64,000 bases of DNA, from NCBI GenBank assembly GCA_964444505.1, contig CAYUHF010000006.1:600-64599 (forward strand), written 5' to 3'. This document shows positions 35,501 to 45,047 of the stretch, one piece after another. Position 1 is the stretch's first letter. Every line of letters begins with the position of its first letter. This DNA comes from an uncultured Methanosarcinales archaeon. GTDB taxonomy: Archaea > Nanobdellota > Nanobdellia > Woesearchaeales > JAGVZT01. Both the position numbers and the translations under genes were made by a program. The notes under the pieces were generated by a model. The model searched no databases, had not been told where the DNA came from, and saw only the letters and a program-made list of their open reading frames with translations.

Positions 35501-36828
35501 CTTAGCTCAGCAAGGTTATCATTTATTCCATCACCAGACATTTCCCAATCTTCATATCTATCTTCTGCCTTTTTCTGGCACGCTTTAATGCATTTTTGCT
35601 TTTCTGCATTATCTAGATTTGTAATTTCAACACCATTGTGATAAAACTTTACATTATTTATTGTATTATCTGAATCATCATCATCATCCTCATCCCAATC
35701 TCTAAGTAAATCGTCACATACACTCACCAATTGCCCATTCATTAGATGAGCAACAGTATCTGCATTTCCTCTTGTAAGATCACAATTTTCTCCATCCATT
35801 GCCTCTGGTATCAAATGCATTCCGTCTACTTTGTTGTCCATCCAGTATTTTGACTCAACCGGCTCAATTGGATGCTTGAAAACTTCCTTTAAGTCAATTG
35901 TTACAGGTTCATCATTATATTGTCCACATGTTACCACTGCAATCATTGTGAAATGGTCGACAAGACATTCAAGTTTGTATGTCTGGGTCTGATCGTTTTT
36001 TGTGACAGAAACTGTCGGGTATGTTCTCCACACACCACTCTCTTGATCATAATAAGCACATTTCAAATCTTGGTATGGAAATCCTAATGGCTTATCCTCA
36101 TAATCAGATTCTATCTGAAGGTTAATTGGAGGGTCAAAAATTGCTCCGTCAGGTTTGCCTTCATAGACTACTGTTCCTATGACAACATCATTACTAAGTC
36201 CATCAAAACTTCTGTCGATAATCTTCACACTTAGTGGATCGGTTATGGTATTACCTAACTGGTCAGTTATTCTTGTACCCTGTGGAATCTCTATCTCAAC
36301 ATCATTATCAGAAGCAACAACTACCTGGCTTCTTGTGGTTCTCCCATTGGCATCAAAACTCATCTGCCTGCTCTGCTCCCTGTTAATAAAGTAATTAAAG
36401 TGCTCTAGCTTTGAGTTTGCCCCGTTCTTTTCAATGTTTATTGGATACTGCATGTCTACAAGCACCGACTGCTCTGTGATTGTTGCAACTACTATTGGGT
36501 CCTGTGCTCTTACTGTCATGCCTGTTTTCGAGAATATTTCAAAATCTATGCAATCTCCAATGTTGTTTTCAATATATGTTGAAAACATCTCTTCATTGCC
36601 GTCCAAAAGACCAAATATATCTATTGCTTCGCCAGTTGTTGTCTCAAGACAGCTCTGGACATATTCTTTTACAGCTTCTGATTTTGATTCAAACTCAGCA
36701 CTCTGATAAGTGCTTATTTCTGGATTTTCTGAGTCAAGATTTTTTAGAAAATATATGAATCCGAATGTTCCTATTAGGACAAGTAATAAAATAAAGAAAG
36801 CTGTAAGTAACTGACCCTTTTTTGACAT
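32599..36828 (-). CDS. giant (1409 aa) secreted/membrane-anchored cysteine-rich surface protein
   Basis: N-terminal TM/signal anchor (LLTAFFILLLVLIGTFGFIYFL). The C-terminal ~550 aa hold repeated G-x2-C-[YWHVL]-[EFYL]-C modules (CHECVG, CVECKEH, CYFCQDN, CYECKDG, CLLCV, CWYCSNT). Confidence 0.8.
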   Translation of the reverse strand: MSKKGQLLTAFFILLLVLIGTFGFIYFLKNLDSENPEISTYQSAEFESKSEAVKEYVQSCLETTTGEAIDIFGLLDGNEEMFSTYIENNIGDCIDFEIFSKTGMTVRAQDPIVVATITEQSVLVDMQYPINIEKNGANSKLEHFNYFINREQSRQMSFDANGRTTRSQVVVASDNDVEIEIPQGTRITDQLGNTITDPLSVKIIDRSFDGLSNDVVIGTVVYEGKPDGAIFDPPINLQIESDYEDKPLGFPYQDLKCAYYDQESGVWRTYPTVSVTKNDQTQTYKLECLVDHFTMIAVVTCGQYNDEPVTIDLKEVFKHPIEPVESKYWMDNKVDGMHLIPEAMDGENCDLTRGNADTVAHLMNGQLVSVCDDLLRDWDEDDDDDSDNTINNVKFYHNGVEITNLDNAEKQKCIKACQKKAEDRYEDWEMSGDGINDNLAELRCKVKKEMDGAKYYNCLQSCLWSGRGANCEEDCEDEAEEYIVEVNAESCIVGSSSHNGPFDNIVDKCDGNGEKTMECPRNNMAFYATPKTYGYEIIEGNPIASAVSDEDITLGGYAEIVLELKENGDSCADSSRWVTTNDMNPTNSAVTGNLVDQGAGNTQQADGPTNTNEICSDSCALKINDVPVETPEEIMNALNQGTNRIKVYLNNLVNVEMFAGKEMEFGGVGIKFFDECEPTVQKRINEIYAKKEKLGAVWDPDSAHGRELNCLALYRDYMREEGTNVMDTSLCEIEVGYDSFSSVSFRQWAAERGADYCEHITYDPEEYETGSGTVLASTTGGMFQGTEYCGTVLTTANEGCICGGEKYQPKADGTNSYCCRNQIYAHYDRLKASLEDMGIQSDYLSHCKGQINKRCWCNEEDTVCSVAVEPVPGAKRADMSLCNNPSTKGEVILTCDGDTLITRWEGPAPVSPINTECEYGCAEEGDIARCVTAEEADEVDLKGCCILAVPGGYRCNDNMGEEVCETKDYHVGWISKSCDQDIRCNDQNTEMWGCCVENKPNDPCSYISCKDCSGVCHEGATCSNFAACDYEQPDVGQNECDQVTTCLDYNSFQDVETACSEDPCGIGECKHITTTEGKLCISRNQQSQDICVEGPIAERYGEKGDYYFAGNTCHECVGVSAANPDGWRETANSRCYCGNTRPGKTVRTSRGKCVECKEHQKNGDSQWKIVDKSFCEGCSVLDENLPEDLGDDGWVDSGQGVFHDGQCYFCQDNSFRTDFPEGCPDHYCQQKYTYGGQNLCYECKDGTLTPNYDEPSHCLCEGEYAPGYIYFGPFEGETECLLCVMTEEGAEPEKYEGGCNRVCHVDNNDRLTKEILRSSTLGNGEHFWDGETCWYCSNTEWKDDFTKCDQSNCIENAEKIEVGEYYCYTEGQFYKYMKCEEGGEWGEPKDCDSGCEEDQIYSSRPSCTT

Positions 36829-36861
36829 ATTGATTTTTTAAAAAATTCAACTATATAAATA

Positions 36862-37437
36862 TTACTTTAATATTCCATACCAGTAATAAAGAAGCTGGTC
36901 AACTGCCTTTAATAATTGCTTTCCATTTCCCTGAACAATAATGCAGTTCTGGTCAAATTCAATATAAGTTTGTTCTGATTCTTTCAATAGAATAACTGAC
37001 TCGTTTGTGTTGTCACAGTCAATTATGGGTCGTATGCTGCAGGCTTCAGTCTCATTTATTGTGCATGCTGCTATTAATTGTCTGTTTATTCCTTTTGCAA
37101 GATTAATACTTAGCTCGGCTGCAGTCAGTGCCATATTTGAAGTGTTTTTTGTTGCAACCGGGTCAAATGTGATGTATATTGGCCCTGAATTAAATGACTC
37201 ATCTAATCTTCCTGTTATTGGTACTGTTTCTGTTTCCCAGGGAGGGAATCTTAATGATATTGCAATCAGTCTGTTTCCATGCTGTACTTCTGTGTTCCAG
37301 GTTCTATCTCCCTTGACAAATTCAAACTGATTGTATAGTCTTGTTTCCTCTCCGACACGATCATAAAAAAAGTAGGTTGCACCTGCAATTACAACAAGTA
37401 CTGCAATTACCACAAAAACTGCCTTTTGGTATTTCAT
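36862..37437 (-). CDS. N-terminally anchored extracytoplasmic protein (191 aa)
   Basis: Single N-terminal TM helix (AVFVVIAVLVVIAGATYFF), several N-x-S/T sequons, conserved Cys pair. Distant paralog of the next gene. Confidence 0.55.
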   Translation of the reverse strand: MKYQKAVFVVIAVLVVIAGATYFFYDRVGEETRLYNQFEFVKGDRTWNTEVQHGNRLIAISLRFPPWETETVPITGRLDESFNSGPIYITFDPVATKNTSNMALTAAELSINLAKGINRQLIAACTINETEACSIRPIIDCDNTNESVILLKESEQTYIEFDQNCIIVQGNGKQLLKAVDQLLYYWYGILK

Positions 37438-37997
37438 ATTACGCCCAGATATTTTAGAGCCAGGATATCCTTGAGCATGACTGCATCATAGCCAGTTTCT
37501 GCATCTGCATGAATACAGCTGCCGTTTACCCAGATTTTTGTCTGGTTTGAATACTTAAAATTAATCACAGGAACCATTGGTGTTGAATTCGTGCATGTGA
37601 TAAGAGGTCTGTTGTAATCTGTGTTGTCATCAGATATTGCCTGGACAGCGTATAGTCCCTGGTCATTGAATATTTCAGCAAGCTCAAATGTTGCAAGTCC
37701 AATAAATTCCATATTAGCACCCTTGACAGGTGCTGTTATCCAGACCATCCTTGTTCCTTTAATCAGATCTATTGCTGTACTGTTAAATGTCATGTTTTCG
37801 AGTGTGGCCGGACTGTTGTAGATTTTTACTTCGCCATCCATCAGGTAATGATCCTGCATTACTTCAAACTCATGCCCATTATAGGTGAATGATTGTGTGT
37901 TTTGGTTATTATCATTTCCAACAACAATTGCAAGGATGCTTCCGACAAGGAAAAACGCCATTATAAGCGATATTATTGTTTTTTTGTCAAGTTTCAT
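37434..37997 (-). CDS. N-terminally anchored extracytoplasmic protein (187 aa)
   Basis: N-terminal TM helix (IISLIMAFFLVGSILAIVV). Stop overlaps the next start. The C-terminal pattern ...ITCTNST..PVI...C..  resembles 36862-37437. Confidence 0.55.
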   Translation of the reverse strand: MKLDKKTIISLIMAFFLVGSILAIVVGNDNNQNTQSFTYNGHEFEVMQDHYLMDGEVKIYNSPATLENMTFNSTAIDLIKGTRMVWITAPVKGANMEFIGLATFELAEIFNDQGLYAVQAISDDNTDYNRPLITCTNSTPMVPVINFKYSNQTKIWVNGSCIHADAETGYDAVMLKDILALKYLGVI

Positions 37998-38022
37998 ATA
38001 AATACTGAATATAAGGTTATTT

Positions 38023-38586
38023 TTATATTTTGCTCATGACTCTTCCTGCAAGAGTGACCAGATTTGCAAATTTTCTCACTCCAACATCTGAGACAGTGTT
38101 TTTCTGGTTTTCATACGTGTATATCTGACTGTGCACATAATCTGTAACTTTGATAAATGTTATCAGTTCATCTTGAGGAAAGAAATCATATTTTTCAGGT
38201 TTAGTATTACCCCACACCTGGAGTAAAGGACTATATTCTTCTCTTTCATATCCTGCAAACATAATCCCAGAATGAAGCAAAATACAGTAACCTTGACTGT
38301 CCTTTACCTGCAGATACACAGCCTCTGTACCATAAGTTGAGTTTACCCAAAGGTTTGTTTTTCCAAAAAGAAAAGCCATATCATTATGGTTTGCTTGTCT
38401 TGTGTCTGATATGACAGATAACAGGTCGGTTTTGAAAAACCAGTCTCCAGGCAAGTTGTAGCCGTCAAATGCATCATCAAGTACATACTCCACCTGTCTA
38501 AGCCTCATTGGGTCAATAAATAGTGGTTCACTTGCCACTGACTCCTCAACAAGTTGAGCAATACCATTTTGTATTTTTGTCTGCAT
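38023..38586 (-). CDS. hypothetical soluble protein (187 aa)
   Basis: ORF heading the same-strand cluster that ends with the giant gene; no motif. Confidence 0.45.
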   Translation of the reverse strand: MQTKIQNGIAQLVEESVASEPLFIDPMRLRQVEYVLDDAFDGYNLPGDWFFKTDLLSVISDTRQANHNDMAFLFGKTNLWVNSTYGTEAVYLQVKDSQGYCILLHSGIMFAGYEREEYSPLLQVWGNTKPEKYDFFPQDELITFIKVTDYVHSQIYTYENQKNTVSDVGVRKFANLVTLAGRVMSKI

Positions 38587-38652
38587 ACATGTATTAATCT
38601 GAGTTATATTAAATATTTTACTATTGTGTAGTTACTCTTGTATTGAGTTTAT

Positions 38653-39114
38653 TTGTTTCTATTCAGGAAAGAAAAAAATAAATACTTGACAAGAAAATAT
38701 TGGTATATGGGAGGAGTTATTTATGGAGTGGGCATAAACACTTTATCTTATGAAATGCCATTTGAATACAATAATGGGCTATTAACAACTACTTTACGAC
38801 CACAGGATATATCTCTTCTTGAACAAAAAATATCTGAAGGGCCTGTAGATCTAAGACTCCATTTTGAAGACCAGTGCTATAATATTGATGATGTTACTCA
38901 GTTAGCTTATAGCGGGGTTGTTGGTGGTGAGTTTCCTCGGCTTGAAATAATATCTGAAACGGCAAGAAGAAGACATTCTGATATTGCTTTTACCACTGCA
39001 TTTTGGGCTTCATTGATTGCAGCAAATGCTGGTGAAAACCGGTGTTTGTATGGATTGGCTGCAACAGCATTTGCAATACAAATAGTGAGGACACTTGCAG
39101 AATTAAGAGAGTAA
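38653..39114 (+). CDS. hypothetical protein (non-ATG start in track; first ATG at 38707)
   Basis: ORF only; C-terminal hydrophobic segment. Confidence 0.35.
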   Translation: MFLFRKEKNKYLTRKYWYMGGVIYGVGINTLSYEMPFEYNNGLLTTTLRPQDISLLEQKISEGPVDLRLHFEDQCYNIDDVTQLAYSGVVGGEFPRLEIISETARRRHSDIAFTTAFWASLIAANAGENRCLYGLAATAFAIQIVRTLAELRE

Positions 39115-40323
39115 CTACTCATACCTTAATGCATCTACTGGGTTCTTTTTTGCTGCTTGTATTGCCGGAAGAACACCTGAGATTGTTCCAACAAGGTATG
39201 CAAATACAAGACATCCTGCTACAAGATACCAGGGAAATATTGGTTTTAGTGCTGCATAGCCTGCGTTTGCTGCTATTGCCTCACCAACTTTTGCAACCCC
39301 ATATCCCAGAAGGACACCTATGGCACCACCAGCCAGTCCGAGAAGTCCTGCTTCTACAATAAATACAAGTCTTATATCTGAGTTTCTTGCTCCTATTGCC
39401 TTCATTATTCCTATCTCCTTTGTTCTCTCTAGAACTGAAGTGTACATTGTGTTTGTGATGTTGACTGATGCAACAACTACTGAGATTAGTGCTATCAAAA
39501 AAAGTACTCCATTTATGAGATTTATTATTGTGTTAAATGTTCCTATGACGTCACTGAAGGTCTGTACTGTGAATTCTTCCTGGCCTTCTTCCTGATCCTT
39601 GAAATCCCTGAGTTCTTCTTCAACTTTATCAGCAAGTTCACCAGGTACAACATCATCTTCTGCATTTATGATAACCCATGAATATTCTCCTGCTGATTCA
39701 GGATAAAGCAGTTCAAAACCATCAAAGGACAAATAAATATTTACATCATCTGCTGGATTTCCTACTTCTTCATAGAATCCGACCACTTCAAACTCAACAT
39801 CATTTATGATTACCTTGTCATTTAATCTCACTGGTCTTTCGAATGCCTTGTCCTCCAGAACATAATTATACCCCAGAACAACCTTATCAGTCTCATCTTC
39901 AAGTTTTCTGCCTTCATACATGTCAAGGGCAACAATATCTTCCAGCATTCCCATGTTCTCTTCTCTGACCGCCATAACGTATGCATAAGCTCGTTCATCA
40001 TCATGAACAATTTCTCCTATGCTCATGTATATTGGTGCTACTTCATCGACCCCGTTTATTTTGTCAATATGGTCTACATCTTTTTGAGAAAGTGAGAATG
40101 TTGAGTCAGTACCTGGTGCACCTATTCCTTTTGCCTGTACAATTAGTTTGTTTGTGCCTGCCTCTTCAGCAAGTGAGTTTACATAATTTTGTATTCCAAG
40201 TCCAAAACTTACCAGAGCAAAAACAGCCATTATTCCTATAAGGATGCTAAGAGATGTAAGCCAGCTTCTAAGTTTTCTGTTTACAAGGTTTTTCCAGGAA
40301 TAAGAAATTAAGCTCCATTTCAT
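39115..40323 (-). CDS. ABC transporter permease, MacB/FtsX family
   Basis: N-terminal TM helix, large periplasmic-type loop, then the FtsX core (RTKEIGIMKAIGARNSDIRLVFIVEAGLLGLAGG). Confidence 0.85.
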   Translation of the reverse strand: MKWSLISYSWKNLVNRKLRSWLTSLSILIGIMAVFALVSFGLGIQNYVNSLAEEAGTNKLIVQAKGIGAPGTDSTFSLSQKDVDHIDKINGVDEVAPIYMSIGEIVHDDERAYAYVMAVREENMGMLEDIVALDMYEGRKLEDETDKVVLGYNYVLEDKAFERPVRLNDKVIINDVEFEVVGFYEEVGNPADDVNIYLSFDGFELLYPESAGEYSWVIINAEDDVVPGELADKVEEELRDFKDQEEGQEEFTVQTFSDVIGTFNTIINLINGVLFLIALISVVVASVNITNTMYTSVLERTKEIGIMKAIGARNSDIRLVFIVEAGLLGLAGGAIGVLLGYGVAKVGEAIAANAGYAALKPIFPWYLVAGCLVFAYLVGTISGVLPAIQAAKKNPVDALRYE

Positions 40324-41540
40324 TTCTCATACCTCAATGCTTCAACTGGCTGCATTTTTGCTGCACTAAGTGCTGGGAGTACTCCTGCAAGAGTGCCTAC
40401 AATAAATGAGAACAGCAGTGCTCCGATTAGTACAAGCGGGTTAAAATCTGCCTGAATAATATCACTTCCAAGTGCAGCTCTTCCTGCAGCACTAGCTCCA
40501 ACTGCGATAAGAACACCTATGACAACTCCAACAATTCCACCAACCATACCCAGCATCCCTGATTCAATAAAGAATAACCTGAATATTGTTTCATTTCTTG
40601 CACCAATTGCCTTCATAATTCCTATCTGGTTTGTTCTCTCAAGAACTGCAGTGTACATTGTGTTCATTATTCCTATACCACCTACAACCAATGATATTCC
40701 GGCTATTATGTATATAAACAATTGTACAGCAAATAATGTGCTATTGAGGTTTTCTATTGCCTGCTGCGGACTTTGAACTGTAAAGTCTTCTTCACCTTTT
40801 TCCACATCTCTTTCTTTTCTCAATATTTTCTCGATTCTTTCCTGGGTATCATCCATCCTGCCTTCATCTGATACCTGCACTGCAATAATATCGATTTCAT
40901 CTTCATCAGCATCAAAATATTCAAGAAGAGAATCCTGATTTATGAAAACAGCTGAGTCGATGGTGAAGCTTCCTTTTGGTTCTGTAATCCCAATAACTTC
41001 AAATTCCATGTCATTGATTAGTACTTTTTCTCCAACCCTTATGGGTTTTCCCAGGTTTTCTTCTGATGCAACATCAGCTCCGAGAACAACTCCCTTTCTA
41101 TCAGCATCTCTCAGCAGCCTTCCCTGTGATACTTCAATATTTGTAATTCTTTCAAAAACTTTCCGGTTCTCATCTGGAACTGAAGTCAGAAAGATTAGGT
41201 CCTGCTCATCATTAAAAATCATGCTAGCTGTAGCAATGTATCTCGGGAAAACCGCCTCCACATTGGGTACATCGGCAATCGCATCAACCAAATCTGAAGT
41301 TAAGGGATCAACAACTCCTGTTCCTGGTGGTCCTGCTGTTATTCCTGCTGCCTGGACTGATAGAATGTCTGTTCCCAGGAATCCAAACTGAGATGATATT
41401 GCAGTACGTAGTCCTTCACCTAAACTTATAAGGGATACTATTGCAGCTATACCGATAAAAATCCCAATCATTGTAAGCCAGGATCTTGTTTTCCTGCTCC
41501 CAAGTGATTTGAAAACTAATACGATGTAATCCCTGATCAT
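40320..41540 (-). CDS. ABC transporter permease, MacB/FtsX family (paralog)
   Basis: RTNQIGIMKAIGARNETIFRLFFIESGMLGMVGG. Overlapping stop/start codons on both sides. Confidence 0.85.
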   Translation of the reverse strand: MIRDYIVLVFKSLGSRKTRSWLTMIGIFIGIAAIVSLISLGEGLRTAISSQFGFLGTDILSVQAAGITAGPPGTGVVDPLTSDLVDAIADVPNVEAVFPRYIATASMIFNDEQDLIFLTSVPDENRKVFERITNIEVSQGRLLRDADRKGVVLGADVASEENLGKPIRVGEKVLINDMEFEVIGITEPKGSFTIDSAVFINQDSLLEYFDADEDEIDIIAVQVSDEGRMDDTQERIEKILRKERDVEKGEEDFTVQSPQQAIENLNSTLFAVQLFIYIIAGISLVVGGIGIMNTMYTAVLERTNQIGIMKAIGARNETIFRLFFIESGMLGMVGGIVGVVIGVLIAVGASAAGRAALGSDIIQADFNPLVLIGALLFSFIVGTLAGVLPALSAAKMQPVEALRYEK

Positions 41541-42760
41541 CGTAATTTTCTGTATATGAGGTAGCCTGCTACAACAATTACAACCACTATTACTATTCCC
41601 ACAATTGGGCTTCTTGACTGTACTCCAAACTGCTGTAGTTCAGCATCTGAGTAAAATGACAGCTCCAGATCAATTTCTTCTGTGTAAACATTGTTTTTTG
41701 TGTCTGTGTATTCTACTCTAAATGGAATAGTTACAGATTGCTGTTCTGTCTCTTTGACATATACCTGGAAATCAGCTAGTTCATAGTCATCTGAATCAAG
41801 GTCTCCAACATATACAGTTGGATTTGAGAAAACATCAATATTATCGTTTTCCAGAAGCTCTACATTGAGGAATTTGATGTCGCTTACATCTCTATTGACA
41901 AATTTGACTGATAGTTCTCCGCCCTGTCCTGACTGGTAGATTGTCTGCGAGTCTATGCTTGCATCTATCTGAGGCATGCAGCCAACATCCAATGCAAGTA
42001 TGTCTTCTTTTGTGTATAGTGAACTGCTCTCATCAACATATCCGATTGTTATAGGTACTTTGTACACTTTTGATTCTGCATTTCCCTGTACAAGGACTCT
42101 GAAATCAAATACTGTTGATTCGCCAGCTTCCAGTGTTTTTGTCTTTTTTTCAGAAGATGAGTTGATTGGTACAAAAGGCATGTCATCTGAATCCAGTTCA
42201 AGTTTAAGAGATACATCTTCTAATAGTGAGTCTGCCATGTTTTCAAGTTCAACACTTAGTGTTGTTACCTGTCCTGGTCTTACTCTTTGGCTTTGAATAT
42301 TTTTTATCTGCACTGATGCGTCAATTGTCTGGATTCTAACATCAAAATCTTTGCTTGCCCAGTTCATGCCGCCGTCAGTTGTATACATAAGCCTGATTTC
42401 ATTTTCTCCTTCTACTGCATCGCTGTCAACTCTTAGCTTGTAATAAACTGTTGCGCTTTCATCTCCTGTAGCTCTTCCATATAGTGTTCCCAGTTCTCTA
42501 ACAGCTGATTCACCCGGGTCAAGTGTGAATGGATAATCTGGTGCTATCTCAAACTTTATATCCTCTGTTTTGTATGTACCAAGGTTTTCTACCCTGAATC
42601 TTAGTTCTACATATCTTCCTGGCTGTACCGGGTCAGGATTTTGGTTCAACAGGGTTATCTGGACATTGGTTCCTTCTGCAACTCTTCCTGTAGTTAGCTG
42701 AGCATAAGATGCTGAAATTAACAAAATGAATAATACTGTATAAATAATTCCCCTTTTCAT
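41537..42760 (-). CDS. secreted COG1361/CARDB-like surface protein with C-terminal TM anchor
   Basis: Start at Met-17 of the track ORF, preceded by GAGGGTGAT Shine-Dalgarno. Signal peptide MKRGIIYTVLFILLISASYA, beta-sandwich repeats, C-terminal helix IVGIVIVVVIVVAGYLIY. Confidence 0.7.
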   Translation of the reverse strand: MKRGIIYTVLFILLISASYAQLTTGRVAEGTNVQITLLNQNPDPVQPGRYVELRFRVENLGTYKTEDIKFEIAPDYPFTLDPGESAVRELGTLYGRATGDESATVYYKLRVDSDAVEGENEIRLMYTTDGGMNWASKDFDVRIQTIDASVQIKNIQSQRVRPGQVTTLSVELENMADSLLEDVSLKLELDSDDMPFVPINSSSEKKTKTLEAGESTVFDFRVLVQGNAESKVYKVPITIGYVDESSSLYTKEDILALDVGCMPQIDASIDSQTIYQSGQGGELSVKFVNRDVSDIKFLNVELLENDNIDVFSNPTVYVGDLDSDDYELADFQVYVKETEQQSVTIPFRVEYTDTKNNVYTEEIDLELSFYSDAELQQFGVQSRSPIVGIVIVVVIVVAGYLIYRKLR

Positions 42761-42770
42761 TCTATCACCC

Positions 42771-43466
42771 TCATTTATTATTCTTGGTTGTTTTAATAAT
42801 CTTTCCATCCAACAGGTGTTCTATCCTGTCTGCATGTTTACTCATTGTTGAGTCATGTGTGACCATAATTATTGTTTTACCCTCATCATTATGCAGTGAT
42901 TTAAGGAAATCCATTACACTTTTACCTGTTTTTGAGTCAAGGTTTCCTGTTGGCTCATCCGCTAGTATTACATCTGGATTGTTTGCAAGTGATCTTGCTA
43001 TTGCGACTCTCTGCTGCTGTCCTCCTGAAAGCTCGTTTGGTTTGTGGTCAAGTCTGTGCCCAAGTCCAACTTTATCAAGAAGCATGCTTGCTCTTTTTTT
43101 CCTTTCAGAAAGTGGTTTTTCCTGAAATATCATAGGGAGCATTACATTTTCAACTGCAGTAAGTGTGTTTATTAGATTGAATTTCTGGAAAACAAATCCT
43201 ATTGTTCTTCCTCTTATCTGTGCCAGATTTGACTCTTCAAGCTGGCTGATGTCTCTTCCTTCAAGAAATATTTTTCCTTTAGTTGGAACATCAAGACACC
43301 CAATCATGTTCATGGCTGTGCTTTTACCTGAGCCTGACGGTCCCTGCACTGCCAAAAACTCCCCTTTTTTTACAACAAGGTCTAATCCTCTGAGGGCTTC
43401 GACCTTGACATCACCCATCTCATAGACTTTCCATACATCTACGAGTTTTATTATCTCGTCCATCAA
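42771..43466 (-). CDS. ABC transporter ATP-binding protein (MacB/LolD-type)
   Basis: Walker A GPSGSGKST, signature LSGGQQQRVAIARSL, Walker B ILADEPTGNLD, H-loop VTHD. Confidence 0.9.
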   Translation of the reverse strand: MMDEIIKLVDVWKVYEMGDVKVEALRGLDLVVKKGEFLAVQGPSGSGKSTAMNMIGCLDVPTKGKIFLEGRDISQLEESNLAQIRGRTIGFVFQKFNLINTLTAVENVMLPMIFQEKPLSERKKRASMLLDKVGLGHRLDHKPNELSGGQQQRVAIARSLANNPDVILADEPTGNLDSKTGKSVMDFLKSLHNDEGKTIIMVTHDSTMSKHADRIEHLLDGKIIKTTKNNK

Positions 43467-43551
43467 TATGTTTTGAAAGCCTGATGGATTTAAAAGCTTT
43501 ACTTAATATTGGATGTAAAGAATAATAAATCACTGCAAGATATCACCACTA

Positions 43552-43932
43552 ATGAAATGTGTTTTTGGTTATAGGGGCAAGGGAAAGATTCTCTATGACA
43601 GACTCGAGAAGTTAAAGCAAATAGAGGAGGATAGTGTATTGCTTTCCGGAACACAGGATGAGCTTGTGTTTATGAGAGAGGAGTTTCCTGAGGCAGAGTT
43701 TAATGTTGCAAATAACACTGTAGAAAATGTTCTCTATAGTGGACAGTGTGATGTTATTGTATCATCTTACTTTCATATTCCAAGAATAAGATGGCTGTTT
43801 TTTATTTCTGGTACAAATGCAGAATTAGTCGGATGTGGACATGAGTTGAATTTTCTTGAAAAACTGATTTTATATGCTCATGAAGTCGTTGCGTTTTTAC
43901 CGAGCACATTTTTAATGATAGCCATCAAATAA
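43552..43932 (+). CDS. hypothetical protein (126 aa)
   Basis: ORF only. Confidence 0.35.
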   Translation: MKCVFGYRGKGKILYDRLEKLKQIEEDSVLLSGTQDELVFMREEFPEAEFNVANNTVENVLYSGQCDVIVSSYFHIPRIRWLFFISGTNAELVGCGHELNFLEKLILYAHEVVAFLPSTFLMIAIK

Positions 43933-43934
43933 TC

Positions 43935-44468
43935 TCATTCATGTTTCTCATCTTTCAAAAGTAGCATTGCTGCATTGTATTTTTCTCTTACATGATCTCT
44001 TGATTCTTCAAGACAGAGTGTCTGCCAGTCTCTTCTGAGTTTTTCTCTTGTCCATTGTATTGCTTCATTAAGATTCCAGTATTTCAGTCCAACATTAAGT
44101 AAACCTGGAACTGCATCAAAATGTGCTATTGAATCTGCGTCATGCACAATTTTTGCAGCCACTGTCTTTGGTTTTGACCTTGATCTGTGCATGAGTATAC
44201 ATTCCATAATTATTTTGATTTTCTCGTCAGGATAATCGAGGCTTTTTAGTATTTTTTCTGCTTCCTCTGCTCCGGTCTGGTCATGGTTTTTTGGGCCATG
44301 TCTAACTCTGCCGATGTCACGCAGTAATGCTGAAATCTCAACTATTTCCTGGTCTGCTTTATATTGTTTTGCCAACTTCTTTGCGTTTTTCACTACTAGT
44401 TTTATATGATAGTTCCAGTCGTCAGGGTCTGCTTCCTGTTTCACGATTCTTCTTATTTTTTCTATCAT
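43935..44468 (-). CDS. HD-domain metal-dependent phosphohydrolase
   Basis: H...LLRDIGR...HDADSIAHFD (His, His-Asp, Asp pattern); 177 aa. Confidence 0.8.
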   Translation of the reverse strand: MIEKIRRIVKQEADPDDWNYHIKLVVKNAKKLAKQYKADQEIVEISALLRDIGRVRHGPKNHDQTGAEEAEKILKSLDYPDEKIKIIMECILMHRSRSKPKTVAAKIVHDADSIAHFDAVPGLLNVGLKYWNLNEAIQWTREKLRRDWQTLCLEESRDHVREKYNAAMLLLKDEKHE

Positions 44469-44520
44469 ATGTCATTTAAAATGCAAAACAAATATAAATA
44501 ATTCTGTAATTTTTGTATTT

Positions 44521-45042
44521 ATGAGAGAAATCGAAGTGAAGATTCTTGGTATAGATATTGATAAAGTTGTTGAAAAACTTAAAAACATAGGTGCCAAAAA
44601 AGAAGGTGAATATCTCTATAGAAGAATTGTTTTTGCAAAACCAGATCATAAAACTCCTTTTAAAGAATGGGTAAGACTCAGGACTGATGGGAGGAGGACA
44701 ACTCTTACTTACAAGAAAATTACTGACCATGTTGAAGAGATTGAGACAGGTGTTGGTGATTTTGAGACTACAAGAAAATTACTGAAAAAATTTGGGCTTA
44801 TTGAAAAACTCTACCAGGAAAACAGGAGAATAAGATATACTTTTGAGGGCATTGAGTTTGATATTGATTTCTGGCCAAAGCTTGAGCCGTATATGGAAGT
44901 TGAGGCCGAAAGCCAGGATGAGCTTGAAAGGGGAGTAAGGTTAGCTGGGTTTTCAATGAAAGATACTGTTCTTAAGACAAACCAGGAGCTTTATGCTGAA
45001 AAAGGTATAGATCTCAACAAGATCAAAAGACTTACGTTCTAG
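44521..45042 (+). CDS. CYTH-domain protein (triphosphate tunnel metalloenzyme / class IV adenylyl-cyclase fold)
   Basis: N-terminal EIEVKIL (ExExK), VRLRTDGRRTTLTYKK, FEGIEFDIDFW, YMEVEAES. Confidence 0.8.
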   Translation: MREIEVKILGIDIDKVVEKLKNIGAKKEGEYLYRRIVFAKPDHKTPFKEWVRLRTDGRRTTLTYKKITDHVEEIETGVGDFETTRKLLKKFGLIEKLYQENRRIRYTFEGIEFDIDFWPKLEPYMEVEAESQDELERGVRLAGFSMKDTVLKTNQELYAEKGIDLNKIKRLTF

Positions 45043-45047
45043 AGATA

